Source of the DNA: an uncultured delta proteobacterium | Lineage (GTDB): Bacteria; Myxococcota_A; Polyangia; Polyangiales; Polyangiaceae | Direction of reading: 5' to 3' | Assembly (NCBI GenBank): GCA_963841435.1 | Contig: CAWJCS010000003.1 | Location: forward strand, 1,024,001-1,088,000 | Length of the DNA stretch: 64,000 bases | In this document: piece after piece, positions 29,780 through 40,295 of the stretch | Numbering within the stretch: position 1 is the stretch's first letter | Layout: each line of letters opens with the position of its first letter | The notes under the pieces: generated by a model | Told to the model about the DNA's origin: nothing | The model's input: only the letters and a program-made list of their open reading frames with translations | The model's database searches: none | Made by a program: the position numbers and the translations under genes

Positions 29780-31170
29780 AGACGCGTGCCCTCATTGCCT
29801 TGCTCGCGCTGGCGCTCGCCGCGGGCTGTTCGAAAAAGACGACTCCGAGCGAGGGCGGGTCGAAGCTCAAGGCGTACGTGCTCAACACCGCACCCGCGCT
29901 GGACCACCCTCTCGACGTCGACTTCGACGGTAAGGTCGAGCTCATCGGGTACAAGGCCCCCTCCTCCACCATCAAGCCGAACCAGAAGGTGAAGCTGACG
30001 CTCTACTGGAGGGTCAAGCAGAAGGTGAGCGGCGACTGGCGCTTGTTCACGCACGTGCTCGACGGCTCCGGCGATCGCGTCCTGAACCTCGACCACCACA
30101 GCGCGATCCGCGCGGGAAAGAGCAAGCCCGCACTGCCACCCTCGGTCTGGATTCCCGGCAAAGTGTACGTTGACGAGCTCACCTTCAAGGTGCCGAAGCG
30201 CGTGAAGACGGACCGCATCCGCGTCGTCGCGGGACTGATGAGCGGCGACATCCGCATGCCGATCGTCAAGGGCCAGAAGGACAGCGAGCACCGCGCCATC
30301 GTGGCCGATCTCAAGTTTCAGCCCTCGATCAAGCGCAGCAGCGCCGTGCCGGACGTTTTCATCGAGAAGCTCGACTCCTCCGTCAAGATCAAGATCGACG
30401 GCAAGCTCGACGAGGACGCCTGGTCGAAGGCGCTCGTGCTCGGCCCGTTCGTCGACGTGAAGACGGGCGACCCGAACAAGACCTTCCCCGTCAACGGCAA
30501 GGGCCGTCTGCTCTGGAACGATCAGGCGCTCTACGTCGGGGTCGAGGTCGAGGAGAAGAACGTCGTCGGCGGCTTCCGCGCGGACGAAAAGGATCCCCAC
30601 CTCTGGACCAAGGATACGATCGAGATCATGATCGATCCCGACTGGGATCGCAAAAACACCGACTATTACGAGATCCAGATCAATCCACAGAACCTCGTGT
30701 TCGACACGCAGTGGGACGACTACAATGCCCCCAAGCCGACGCCGAACGGGCCGTTCGGACACGAGGACTGGTCCGCGGAGCTGAAGAGCGCCGTCGTCGT
30801 CGACGGGACGATCGACAAGAGCGACGACACAGACAAGGGCTACACCGTCGAGGCGATGCTCCCCTGGAAGAGCTTCAGCAAGGCGAAGCAGACGCCGCCA
30901 GCGCTGGGCGACGCGTGGCGCATCAACCTCTACGCCATGCGGGAGAACTCCGGCGTCGCGTGGTCGCCGATCCTCGGCCGCGGCAACTTCCACCGCTCGG
31001 CTCGCTTCGGGCGCGTGCACTTCGTGAAGAAGGGATTCGTCCCGCCGGGCGCGAGCGCGTCGGCGGCCGCGTCGGCTTCGGCGGCGCCGAGCAGCGCACC
31101 ACCGCGCGCGAGCGCCAAGCTGCCCGCGCCAACCGCTCCGAAGCCCGCAAGCTCCGGCGCCATGAAGTAG
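29776..31170 (+). CDS. Lipoprotein with carbohydrate-binding family 9 (DOMON-like) domain
   Basis: Lipobox AAGC; IDGKLDEDAW, LWNDQALYV, DTIEIMIDP, YYEIQINP and WRINLY; SD AAGGAG. Confidence 0.8.
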   Translation: MKTRALIALLALALAAGCSKKTTPSEGGSKLKAYVLNTAPALDHPLDVDFDGKVELIGYKAPSSTIKPNQKVKLTLYWRVKQKVSGDWRLFTHVLDGSGDRVLNLDHHSAIRAGKSKPALPPSVWIPGKVYVDELTFKVPKRVKTDRIRVVAGLMSGDIRMPIVKGQKDSEHRAIVADLKFQPSIKRSSAVPDVFIEKLDSSVKIKIDGKLDEDAWSKALVLGPFVDVKTGDPNKTFPVNGKGRLLWNDQALYVGVEVEEKNVVGGFRADEKDPHLWTKDTIEIMIDPDWDRKNTDYYEIQINPQNLVFDTQWDDYNAPKPTPNGPFGHEDWSAELKSAVVVDGTIDKSDDTDKGYTVEAMLPWKSFSKAKQTPPALGDAWRINLYAMRENSGVAWSPILGRGNFHRSARFGRVHFVKKGFVPPGASASAAASASAAPSSAPPRASAKLPAPTAPKPASSGAMK

Positions 31171-31230
31171 CGGAGCAGCGGGTCGGGCCAGAACCGGGGG
31201 CACGAAGGGCCCGCCGGGCGCGAAACTCGC

Positions 31231-31656
31231 TCAGCGAAGCTCGTACTTTCGCACCATCTCGCCCTCGACGGTCGTACAGCGCTCGGTGAGCGCGCGCGCC
31301 CGCTCGAGGTCGTCGCTCGCGGCCCTGAGCTTCACGGCCGCGGGCTCCGCGCCGCCGTCGGCGACGATCCGCCGCGCTGCGGAGAGCCCCTCGAGGGCCC
31401 TCACGTGCAGCTCGTAGGCCGAGAGGCAGGTTGCCCGCACGGCACACACGTCCTCGTTCTGGCAGCGCGCATCACGCAGCGATTCGAGTCGCGCGGCCTT
31501 GGCCGGATTGTCGGCGTCGCGCAGGGCGTTGACGGCCCGGCTCACGAGCGCCGCCTCGGAGCGAGCCGCGCCCTCGTGATCGCGGCAGCCCGCGAGCAGA
31601 AGAGCCAAAAAGAGCCCGAGCGGCCAGGGGCCGGATCGAACAGCCGCGCGAGCCAC
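31231..31656 (-). CDS. Hypothetical helical lipoprotein
   Basis: Lipobox LAGC; fills the gap below the upstream minus-strand gene. Confidence 0.6.
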   Translation of the reverse strand: MARAAVRSGPWPLGLFLALLLAGCRDHEGAARSEAALVSRAVNALRDADNPAKAARLESLRDARCQNEDVCAVRATCLSAYELHVRALEGLSAARRIVADGGAEPAAVKLRAASDDLERARALTERCTTVEGEMVRKYELR

Positions 31657-31670
31657 GACGGCGCTTGGGA

Positions 31671-32210
31671 TCAGTCCGAGGCCTTGGGAGGCGGACCCAT
31701 CTGGACGCGCTCGCCCATGTATGCACCGATCAGCGTGAAGAGCACGCCCAGCGCCGAGAGCAGGACGTACATGAACGCGGGCATCGTCTTCACCGTCTGA
31801 CCCGAATAGAGGATCAGGGCCGTCGGGATCGCGACCAAGAAGACCGCGATCATCGGCTCGATGAACGTGCGCCCGGGCGACACGAGCCCGATCAGCATGC
31901 CGCCGAAGAACCAGACTGGAATCGAGACCAGCATCCCCGCCGAGCCTTCGAAGTCGAGCGCCGGAACGACCATGGGCAGCCCCATGACGAACGCCGCGGT
32001 CGTGACCGTCATGATCGCGATCGACACCATGAACCAGGTGAGACTGAAGCTCTCCTGCTGGTAACGCCGCTCGAGCTCCTCCTGCCGCGACAGCTGGCGC
32101 TTGACCTCCTCGACCTTCGCACCGCAGGAGACGCAGCGGTTGTTCGCGAGCGGGGGAGTGTTTGCAAAGCCGCAGGAAGGGCAGAGGATCTTCTTCGTGG
32201 GTGAGGCCAT
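31671..32210 (-). CDS. Zinc-ribbon membrane protein
   Basis: CPSC...CVSC followed by about four TM helices. Confidence 0.75.
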   Translation of the reverse strand: MASPTKKILCPSCGFANTPPLANNRCVSCGAKVEEVKRQLSRQEELERRYQQESFSLTWFMVSIAIMTVTTAAFVMGLPMVVPALDFEGSAGMLVSIPVWFFGGMLIGLVSPGRTFIEPMIAVFLVAIPTALILYSGQTVKTMPAFMYVLLSALGVLFTLIGAYMGERVQMGPPPKASD

Positions 32211-32310
32211 GCTCGACGCCTTCCGATGCTAACAACCCTTCCTGTAAAAGTCCCGTGATATGGTCCCCTGGCCGCGAAACACGCGGCCCCTGGCCGTTGT
32301 CGGACCGGAC

Positions 32311-33024
32311 ATGGAGCTAGAGCCGCCTACATCGTCCCCCCCTACCGAGTCCGTGCCCCCGGGCGCGCCAAAAGAGCGCGTCGAAGCCTCGAGACCCCGG
32401 GGCCCCGACCACGAGCTCGTCGGCCTGCCGGCCCCGCGTCGGCCCTGGCGCCGGGCCACCCTCGTCACGCTTTCGGCGGGAGCCCTCGCGTCGCTCGCGC
32501 TCGCCGCCGCGGTGCTGCCCGACGTTCGCTACTCGCTCGGGGCGGGGTCGGCCCGCGACATCGGCGACCTCGCGCATGCGTCGCTCGGGCCCGACCTTCG
32601 CGACGCTTGGGTCCGCGCCGAAGGCTCGCTCTCGGCAACCCAGGCGATTCGCTATAGCCGTCCGCTCGAGCGCGACTCCTACCGATTGGCGCAGGCGGGC
32701 GACAACCCCCGCGTGTGGGTCCAGATCCGCGTGCCCGCCGGAGAGGAAGATCCACGCTTCGTGCCACCCGATTCGTTCGTCGGGCGCCTTTTGCCCGTCG
32801 GGGAGCTCGGTCTGCGCCAGCGCGGGCTCGCCGAAGCCGTGGCAAGCACGGGGCTCGACCCGTTGCCGAACGACGCCTGGCTCTTGCTCGACGGTGAATC
32901 GCCCGCCGCGACGCGCTGGGTGCTCGGCCTGCTCGGCCTGCTGCTCGGCTTCGCGGCGTTCAACGTCGCGGGCCTGGTTCGGCTGCTGCGTCCGATTCCG
33001 AACGTGCCCGGACCGAGCCCGTGA
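32311..33024 (+). CDS. Hypothetical membrane protein
   Basis: Two TM segments flanking a soluble domain; GTGA overlap with thiO; start could be 32260. Confidence 0.65.
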   Translation: MELEPPTSSPPTESVPPGAPKERVEASRPRGPDHELVGLPAPRRPWRRATLVTLSAGALASLALAAAVLPDVRYSLGAGSARDIGDLAHASLGPDLRDAWVRAEGSLSATQAIRYSRPLERDSYRLAQAGDNPRVWVQIRVPAGEEDPRFVPPDSFVGRLLPVGELGLRQRGLAEAVASTGLDPLPNDAWLLLDGESPAATRWVLGLLGLLLGFAAFNVAGLVRLLRPIPNVPGPSP

Positions 33025-34157
33025 CAGCGACGATCGTGATCGTCGGGGGCGGGGTGATGGGGTGCGCTTGCGCCTGGGAGCTCGCGAGGCAGGGCAAGCG
33101 CGTCGTCGTGCTCGAGCGCAGCGTGCCCGGCGCCGAGGCGTCGAGCGCGGCAGCCGGCATCCTCGGGGCGTCGGTCGAGATGCACGCCGACGGTCCGCTC
33201 GCGCGGCTCGCGCGCACGAGCCGCGCCCTTTACCCGCGCTGGGCGCGCGCGCTCGCGCGCGAGACGGACATCGACGTTGAGTTGCGCCCGTGCGGCGTCG
33301 TGCGTGTCGCGACGACCGAGCGCGAGCTAGCGCGCGTGGCACGCGCCGCAGCCTGGCAGTCGCCGCGCCCGAAGCTGCTCGACCGGCGCGCCCTCTCGCG
33401 GCGCGAGCCCCAGCTCGACCGGCGGCTGGCCGGGGGTGTCTTGTTCGCGGACGATGCGCGCATCGAGCCGCGCGCGCTGCTCGCCGCACTGCGCATCGCG
33501 GCGTCGCGCGCGGGCGCGACGTTCCGCTCGGGTGCCTACGTGCGCCGCGTGATCACGACGCGAGGACGAGCCAGCGGCGTCGCGCTCGACGACGGCAGCG
33601 TGGTGAGCGGCGAGCACGTCGTCGTCGCGGCCGGCAGCTGGACGACGCTAATAGACGGTGCGGGCTTGCCGCCCGGCAGCGTGGTGCCCGCGCGCGGGCA
33701 GATCGTCGTCGTCAAGGCCACCGAGCCGCCGCTCGCGGGCGTGGTCTTCGGACCACGGGCGTATCTCGTGCCGCGGGACGACGGCCGTGTTCTCGTCGGG
33801 TTGACGCTCGAGTTCGTGGGTTACCGGCGTGACGTCACGGCGGGCGCCGTGCGCGATCTGCTCGTCGCCGCCATCGAGCTCGTCCCGGCGCTCTCCGCCG
33901 CCAGCTTCTCCGACAGCTGGTCGAGCTTCCGCCCCTACACGAAAGACGAGCTACCCATCATCGGTGCGGCGTCCGTCGAGGGACTCTGGCTTGCCACCGG
34001 ACACCACCGCAACGGAATCCTCCTCGCGCCGGTGACCGCGGCGATCGTGTCGGCGCTGATTCGAGGTCGGCGACCGCCGCTGCCCATCGGACCGTTCGCG
34101 CCGCTCCGCGCGGCGCCCGCTCGACGCACACGCGCCCCCCGAAGTCCGCGGCAGTAG
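33021..34157 (+). CDS. thiO: Glycine oxidase ThiO / DAO-family oxidoreductase
   Basis: GGGVMG, ASSAAAGIL, RGQ, YLVPR and ATGHHRNGILLAP. Confidence 0.85.
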   Translation: MTATIVIVGGGVMGCACAWELARQGKRVVVLERSVPGAEASSAAAGILGASVEMHADGPLARLARTSRALYPRWARALARETDIDVELRPCGVVRVATTERELARVARAAAWQSPRPKLLDRRALSRREPQLDRRLAGGVLFADDARIEPRALLAALRIAASRAGATFRSGAYVRRVITTRGRASGVALDDGSVVSGEHVVVAAGSWTTLIDGAGLPPGSVVPARGQIVVVKATEPPLAGVVFGPRAYLVPRDDGRVLVGLTLEFVGYRRDVTAGAVRDLLVAAIELVPALSAASFSDSWSSFRPYTKDELPIIGAASVEGLWLATGHHRNGILLAPVTAAIVSALIRGRRPPLPIGPFAPLRAAPARRTRAPRSPRQ

Positions 34158-34207
34158 CGTCGCGCCCGGCGGGAGCAGGGCGACGAGCCATGCTATGAAG
34201 ACGGGCG

Positions 34208-34819
34208 ATGCCCCTCGAGCTCGGCGTCCTGGTGTCGGGGAACGGCACCAATCTCCAGGCGATCCTCGACGCCGTGGAGCGCGGCGCGCTCGACGCGCGC
34301 GTGCGCTGCGTGATCTCGAACCGCACCGGCGCTCAGGCGCTCGAGCGCGCCGCGCGCGCCGGCGTGCCCGCCCTCGCCATCCCGCACACGAGCTTCGACA
34401 CGCGTGAGGCGTTCGATCGCGCGGTCGTGGCCGCGCTGCGCGAGCATTCCGTCGAGTGGGTGGCGCTCGCGGGCTTCATGCGCGTGCTCACGCCCGAGCT
34501 CTTGCGGGCGTTCCCTGGACGCATCATCAACATTCACCCCGCGTTGCTGCCCTCGTTCCGCGGCACGCACGCCATCCGGCAGGCCCTCGAGCACGGCGTG
34601 ACGATCACCGGCTGCACCGTGCACTTCGTCGACGAGGGCGTCGACACGGGCCCCATCATCGCGCAGCGCGCCGTGCCGGTCTTGCCCGGCGACGACGAGG
34701 CAAGCCTCACCGAGCGAATGCACGAGGCCGAGCACGAGCTCTACGTGAAGGTCCTTTCCGACCTGTCGCGCGGCGCGATTGCTCCGCGCGCGCTGGGGGC
34801 TCGCCGGGGCACTTCGTGA
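34208..34819 (+). CDS. purN: Phosphoribosylglycinamide formyltransferase
   Basis: SGNGTNLQA, LAGFMR, NIHPALLP and TVHFVDEGVDTGPII. Confidence 0.97.
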   Translation: MPLELGVLVSGNGTNLQAILDAVERGALDARVRCVISNRTGAQALERAARAGVPALAIPHTSFDTREAFDRAVVAALREHSVEWVALAGFMRVLTPELLRAFPGRIINIHPALLPSFRGTHAIRQALEHGVTITGCTVHFVDEGVDTGPIIAQRAVPVLPGDDEASLTERMHEAEHELYVKVLSDLSRGAIAPRALGARRGTS

Positions 34820-36382
34820 GCACGCGCTACTACGACGCCATCGTGCTCGGCCGTTCGCTCGGCAGCCTCGCGACGGCTGCGCTGCTCGCCCGCCGCGATT
34901 TCCGCGTGCTCTTGCTCGGCAACGGGCAGCGACCCTCGAGCTACCGTTTCGACGGCCGCTGGCTCGGACGGCGCACGTTCTCGTTGCTCTTCGGCGCGTC
35001 GCCGGTCTGGCGGCGCATCCTCCACGAGCTGGCGCAGAGCCCGCAATTTCGCCGGCGCGTCACGCCGCTCGATCCCATGTTCGCCGTGCTCGCAGGCGAG
35101 CACCGGATCGAGCTGCCGCCCGACGTTCGAGCGCTTCGGTCGCGAGATCGATCGCGAATTCCCCGAGGTGCGCCAGGTGGTGGACGAGCTCTACCGCACG
35201 ATCGCCGACGTCAACGGCGCGACGGACGCTGCGTTCGAGCGCGATGCCGTCTGGCCCCCCGGCACGCTGTGGGAGCGCCTCGAGACGAGCCAGGCGGCGG
35301 CGGCGCTGCCCTTCGAGCGCGGCGAGCGCGCCCCCGAGCTTTTCGCCAAGTTCCCGAGCGGCCACCCCTTCCGAGAGATCGTCGCGATTCCGGCGCAGTT
35401 CGGCAGCCACCTCGCGGCGAGCCTGTCCGAGCTGCCCGCGCTGTCCCTCGCGCGCCTGCACGGCGCGTGGGCGCGTGGCGTGGTCGCGCTCAAGGGCGGC
35501 GAGCAAGAGCTTTCGGCGTTCCTCATCGAGCGCATCGAGGCGCACGGCGGGGTCTGCCTGCTCGATCGAAGGGCCCAGTCGCTCGTCGTGCGCAACGGTT
35601 CCGCCGCCGGCGTCGTGCTCGACGGCGACGACGAGGTCACGGGAGCGAGCGCCGTCATCACCGATCAGTGGGGCGAATCGCTCGCGGAGCTTTCGGGCGG
35701 CGACGGTGTGACGCGCGCCGCTCAGCGCGAATGGCCGCGCCTGACGCCGGAAACGGGACGGTTCATCGTGACGATGGTGGTGCGGCGCGAAGCCCTGCCC
35801 GAGCCGCTACCCGAGGAAGTGTTCATCGCGCCACCAGGCTCGCCGCGCGACCCGCGGCGCCCCGTGCTCCACCTGCAGAGCGTTCTCCCCGCACCGCGCG
35901 CCGACGGTGCTCCCGACGAGAACGAAGCACTGCTCGTCGCCGAGTGCCTCGTGCCCACGCGAGGCGCACTCACGCTGCTCGAGGCGCGGCGCGCCGTCGT
36001 CGAGGTGCTAAAGAGCGAGCTCGTGTTTCTCGACGACCATTTGCTGGTCCTGGACTCGCCGCACGACGGGCTGCCACTCGAAGATCGGACGACGGGCACG
36101 GTCCGGGAGATCGACCGGTTGCACCTCGTGGGAGCCGCGCCGGGGGCGGAGCCGATGGAGCGACAGTACGCCGTTGACCCGCCGGGCTATCGCGGCCTGT
36201 CGGGCGAGCCCCTCCGGGGCCCGATTCCCGGGACGTTCCTGGTCGGGCCGACGGTCTTGCCCGCGCTCGGTCAGGAAGGCGAGCTCATGGCAGCCTGGAG
36301 CGTCGCGCGTCTCATCACGCGACGTGACCGCACCCGTCAGCGCATGCGGCAAAAGCTCTGGTCCAAGCTCGAGACCACGTGA
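34816..36382 (+). CDS. Phytoene-dehydrogenase-like FAD-dependent oxidoreductase; +1 frameshift near 35128
   Basis: YDAIVLG...ATAALLAR N-terminus in one frame joins ERFGREIDREFPEVRQ in the 35168 frame; GTGA overlaps at both ends. Confidence 0.7.
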
Positions 36383-36951
36383 GCACCTCGCCGCGCGTGA
36401 TCGCCGGCCGCTTCCACGGACGCCCGCTGCGCGTTCCGCGCGGTCTTGCCACTCGTCCCACCGCCGCCCGCGTTCGAAAATCGCTGTTCGACATCCTCGG
36501 CAACCTCGAGGGGGCGCGCGTGCTCGACCTGTACGCCGGTTCGGGAGCGCTCGCGATCGAAGCGCTGTCACACGGCGCGTCGTTCGCGGCCCTCGTCGAG
36601 CGCGACCGGCGAGCGCTCGAATGCATCACGCAGAACCTCTCGCTCGTCGGCGCCACCGCGATGACACGCGTGCTCGGCGTCCCCGCGGAGCGCGCCGTCG
36701 AGCGCCTGCGAGGCGGTGCCCCGTTCGACGTGGTGCTCTCCGACCCGCCCTGGGACGCCGTCGAGGCGGCCCTCGAGGTGGTCGGCGGGCTCGTGGCCGC
36801 AGGGCTCCTCGCCGAGCGTGGCGTCGTAACGCTCGAGCACCGGAAGGACGCTCGGCCGCTTGCCCCTCCGGGGCTCGCCGCGTACGATCGACGGACGTTC
36901 GGGGACGCGGGCATCACCTTCTTCAGGCTCGTCTCGCACCCCGACGAGTGA
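36379..36951 (+). CDS. rsmD: 16S rRNA (guanine966-N2)-methyltransferase
   Basis: RVIAG, TRPT, LDLYAGSGALAIEALS and DPPW. Confidence 0.92.
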   Translation: MSTSPRVIAGRFHGRPLRVPRGLATRPTAARVRKSLFDILGNLEGARVLDLYAGSGALAIEALSHGASFAALVERDRRALECITQNLSLVGATAMTRVLGVPAERAVERLRGGAPFDVVLSDPPWDAVEAALEVVGGLVAAGLLAERGVVTLEHRKDARPLAPPGLAAYDRRTFGDAGITFFRLVSHPDE

Positions 36952-37043
36952 CGCCCCCATCCGGCCCACTGTCCGGGACGCCGCCGTGTTAGCGCTTCCG
37001 GCGGCAGCGCCACCACCGGTATATTCTTTCACGCTCGCGAGCC

Positions 37044-37628
37044 ATGACCACGTCCCTCCCCCCTCCGAAGTCAGGTAGCAGCAAGCCGTTCGCGATCGCC
37101 GCCCTGCTGATGCTGTTGCTGATGGGCGGGCTCGTCTACGTGAAGCTTTCCGGCTCAGACGAACCGAAGCCTGAGCCGGCGCCGCCGCGTTCCGCACCGA
37201 AGCCGGTCATTGACCAGGTGATCCCACCGCCCCCGCCACCTCCGGAGCCCCCGCCTTCCGCATCGGCGTCGGCACCGGTGAAGAAGTCGGCGCCGAAGAA
37301 CGATACGGGCTGCTCCACGTGCGGCAACTGCCAGGGCACCGAAGCAGGCGGCTTCCGCGGCGCGATCGCCGGACGCGCGGCACTTGCCCAGCGCTGCTAC
37401 GAGAAGGCGCTCGGGCAGCAGGAGCAGCTCACGGGCAAGCTCACCGTGGGGGTCTGCGTCGGCGTGGGAGGCCAGGTCTGCTCGGCCCGCATCGAGAAAG
37501 ACTCGCTCGGCAGCCCCCTGGTTGCCCAGTGCGTGCTGAACCTCTACCGGTCCGTGACGTTCCCCTCCCCGAAAAACGGTTGCGTTCAGGCTGCCGTTCC
37601 GCTGAACTTCATCCCACAGAAGCTATGA
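37044..37628 (+). CDS. Single-pass protein with Pro linker and AgmX/PglI (TonB-C-like) domain
   Basis: TM helix, poly-Pro, then CYEKAL...LTGKL...VAQCV...FPSP...VPLNF. Confidence 0.72.
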   Translation: MTTSLPPPKSGSSKPFAIAALLMLLLMGGLVYVKLSGSDEPKPEPAPPRSAPKPVIDQVIPPPPPPPEPPPSASASAPVKKSAPKNDTGCSTCGNCQGTEAGGFRGAIAGRAALAQRCYEKALGQQEQLTGKLTVGVCVGVGGQVCSARIEKDSLGSPLVAQCVLNLYRSVTFPSPKNGCVQAAVPLNFIPQKL

Positions 37629-37861
37629 GCGCCTCCCACCGCGTTCAGACCAGGTTGGTCCTGTCGCTCTGCCTCATCGGCTCGGGGAGCCTGTTGTTTT
37701 CGGCTTGCGGCGAGGACGGCGAGTCGCCGCTCTGCCCCGAGGTCCGCCGCTACGACGTTGCGAAGGCGGGCGAGCGCAACAGCCCGGAGGCCGCCGAGGA
37801 TCGCGCGGCCGCCATCGACGCGGGCTGCATGACCGCGCTCATGGACGCGAGCACCGACTGA
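37625..37861 (+). CDS. Small hypothetical lipoprotein
   Basis: Lipobox FSAC; ATGA overlap. Confidence 0.6.
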   Translation: MSASHRVQTRLVLSLCLIGSGSLLFSACGEDGESPLCPEVRRYDVAKAGERNSPEAAEDRAAAIDAGCMTALMDASTD

Positions 37862-37886
37862 GCGCCCCACGGAGCGCGGGAGCCGG

Positions 37887-38714
37887 GTGACGCCCGACGA
37901 AGCAACAGGCGCGGCATCCCACGGCGTATTGCTCACCGTGGCTTACGACGGCGCGAGCCTCGCCGGGTTCGCGCGTCAACCCAACGTGCGGACCGTCGCC
38001 GGCGAGCTCGACGGCGCCGTGCACAGCGTGGCGCCGCGCGCCAGCCTGGTGCGGGGCGCGAGTCGTACCGATGCGGGCGTGCACGCACGCGCACAGCGCG
38101 TGGCATTCGACGTCGACCAGCTCATCCCGACGCGTGGCTGGGTGAAGGCGCTCAACGCTGCACTGCCCCAGGAGATCGCGGTCACTCGGGCGGCGCGCGT
38201 CGAGCCGGGCTACGAGCCGCGCTTCAGAGCCATCGCCAAGGTGTACCGCTATCGGATCTTGGAGAGCCACGTGCCCGATCCGTTTTTGCGCGGCCGGGCC
38301 TGGCGCATCGGCGAGAGGTTGAACCACGAGGCGATGCGCGAAGCGGCGGCACCACTGGTCGGTGAGCACGATTTCCGGGCCTTTCGCGCCGCGGGCGACG
38401 AACGCACGGACACGGTGCGTCGCATCGTTCGCATCGAGCTCGCACGGTCGCAAACCGCCGATCCTCCACGCTGCGAGGTGGTCGTCGAAGGCAACCGCTT
38501 CCTCTACCGAATGGTCCGCATCATCGTCGGATCGCTGGTCGATGTCGGTCTCGGTCGCCTCGACGCGTCCCGGCTCACGCTCGCGCTCGCAGCGGGCGAT
38601 CGCGCGCTCCTCGGGCGCACCGCGCCTCCCGACGGGCTTTGCCTCGACCGGATCACGCTCGACGACGACGGCAGCGACCCGTGGCCGATTGACGAAGCAC
38701 CGTCCCTCGCGTAG
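37887..38714 (+). CDS. truA: tRNA pseudouridine(38-40) synthase
   Basis: VAYDG, GASRTDAGVHA, GEHDFRAF, FLYRMVR and TAPPDGL. Confidence 0.95.
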   Translation: MTPDEATGAASHGVLLTVAYDGASLAGFARQPNVRTVAGELDGAVHSVAPRASLVRGASRTDAGVHARAQRVAFDVDQLIPTRGWVKALNAALPQEIAVTRAARVEPGYEPRFRAIAKVYRYRILESHVPDPFLRGRAWRIGERLNHEAMREAAAPLVGEHDFRAFRAAGDERTDTVRRIVRIELARSQTADPPRCEVVVEGNRFLYRMVRIIVGSLVDVGLGRLDASRLTLALAAGDRALLGRTAPPDGLCLDRITLDDDGSDPWPIDEAPSLA

Positions 38715-38728
38715 CGTCCCGGCCACTC

Positions 38729-40273
38729 GTGGGCTTCCGCCAGCGAATTCTCGAACGAAGTCGGAAAGCGTTGCTTGGGCCCGCCGTCATGCGGTGGGTC
38801 TCCGACGATCGCGTGATGCGTGCGGCCGAAGGCCTGCTCGACGCGCGAACGCGCGTGCAGGCCGCCTGGACGGTGCTGAAGAACGGCCACGCCCTGCCGA
38901 ACATCGACCCCGCGCTCGACGAGACGATCGGCGAGCCCGGACCCGAGAAACCCGCGCCGGAAGTCGCGAAGGCACGCGCCAACGGCAACGGCGCCGCCCA
39001 CCCGACCCGCGGCTCCGACGACATGCACGAGTCGCTCAAGGAGCGCAACACGCTCGCGAGCATCGGGGGCAAGGACATCTTCGAGAAGTGCCGCAAGTTC
39101 ATGGCGGCGGACAACGCGCGCAAGATGGGGATCTACCCCTTCTTCCGCCCGCTCGATCTCAACGACGGGCCCGAGGCCGTGATCGACGGCCGGCGCGTGG
39201 TCATGCTCGGCTCGAACAACTACCTCGGCCTGACGACGCACCCCAAGGTGCGTGAAGCCGCCAAGCTCGCGATCGATCGCTTCGGGACGAGCATGACCGG
39301 CTCGCGCCTCGTCAACGGCTCGATGAAGCTGCACGAGGAGTTCGAGGCCAAGCTCGCCGCGTGGCTTGGCAAGGAATCGGCGCTCGTGTTCACCACGGGC
39401 TACCAGGTGAACCTCGCCACCTGCTCGGCGTTGCTCAGCAACAAAGCGAGCGTCGCCGTCATCGATCGCAACGTCCACGCCTCGCTCTACGACGGCGCTC
39501 GGCTGGGCCAGGCCGCCGGCGCACGGCTCGTTCGCTACCGCCACAACGACCCAGAGTCACTCGATAAGACGCTCGAGAAGCTCGAGGCCGAGGAAGGTGC
39601 GCTCGTCATCACGGACGGCGTGTTCAGCGCGGAAGGCGAGATCGCCAAGGTCGACGAGATCGTTCGCGTCGTGAAGGCGCACGGCGCGCGGTTGCTCGTC
39701 GATGACGCGCACGCGCTCGGAGTGATCGGCCCCGGCGGCCGCGGCACTTCGCACAGCTTCGGGGTCTCCGATCAGGTCGACCTCATCGGCGGCACATTCT
39801 CGAAGTCGCTCGCCAGTATCGGCGGCTGGCTCGTCGGCGAGCGCAAGGTGCTCGACTACATCCGTCACTTCGCGCCTTCGTTCATGTTCGCGGCCGCCGC
39901 AGCGCCGCCCTGCGTGGCCGCCGCGATGGCCGCCTTCGAGACCATGCAGGAGGAGCCCTGGCGCATCGAGAAGCTCCGGGAAAACTTCACTTACATGCGC
40001 GACGAGCTCAAGAAGCTGGGCTTCGAGCTCGGCCACACGCAAACCGCCGTGATCCCGATCTACGTTCGCCAGGATCTTCGCACGATCATGATGTGGCGCG
40101 ACCTGCTCGAGGAGCACGGCATCTACACGAACCCCTTCATCTCGCCCGGCGTGCCGCCGAAGAGCGCGATGCTGCGCACTAGCTACATGGCGACGCACGA
40201 GCGTCCGCAGCTCGATCGCGCCCTCGAGGCGTTTCGCGTGGTCGGCAAGAAGTACGGTGTGATTTCGGGCTGA
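38729..40273 (+). CDS. spt: Serine palmitoyltransferase (alpha-oxoamine synthase) with N-terminal extension
   Basis: YPFFRP, GSNNYLGL, HASL, DDAHALG and GTFSKSL; bCerS-like and CerR-like genes lie downstream. Confidence 0.78.
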   Translation: MGFRQRILERSRKALLGPAVMRWVSDDRVMRAAEGLLDARTRVQAAWTVLKNGHALPNIDPALDETIGEPGPEKPAPEVAKARANGNGAAHPTRGSDDMHESLKERNTLASIGGKDIFEKCRKFMAADNARKMGIYPFFRPLDLNDGPEAVIDGRRVVMLGSNNYLGLTTHPKVREAAKLAIDRFGTSMTGSRLVNGSMKLHEEFEAKLAAWLGKESALVFTTGYQVNLATCSALLSNKASVAVIDRNVHASLYDGARLGQAAGARLVRYRHNDPESLDKTLEKLEAEEGALVITDGVFSAEGEIAKVDEIVRVVKAHGARLLVDDAHALGVIGPGGRGTSHSFGVSDQVDLIGGTFSKSLASIGGWLVGERKVLDYIRHFAPSFMFAAAAAPPCVAAAMAAFETMQEEPWRIEKLRENFTYMRDELKKLGFELGHTQTAVIPIYVRQDLRTIMMWRDLLEEHGIYTNPFISPGVPPKSAMLRTSYMATHERPQLDRALEAFRVVGKKYGVISG

Positions 40274-40295
40274 GCCTCGGAGTCGGAGGGAGACC

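Noticed and set aside
34816-36382. Programmed frameshifting or true pseudogene status for the frameshifted genes
   Set aside because: No slippery sequence or further decay; single doubled bases favour sequencing error
38729-40273. BioF or Kbl assignment for the alpha-oxoamine synthase
   Set aside because: No bio or tdh neighbours; the GTFSKSL motif and bCerS/CerR-like neighbours favour Spt, though this is not proven
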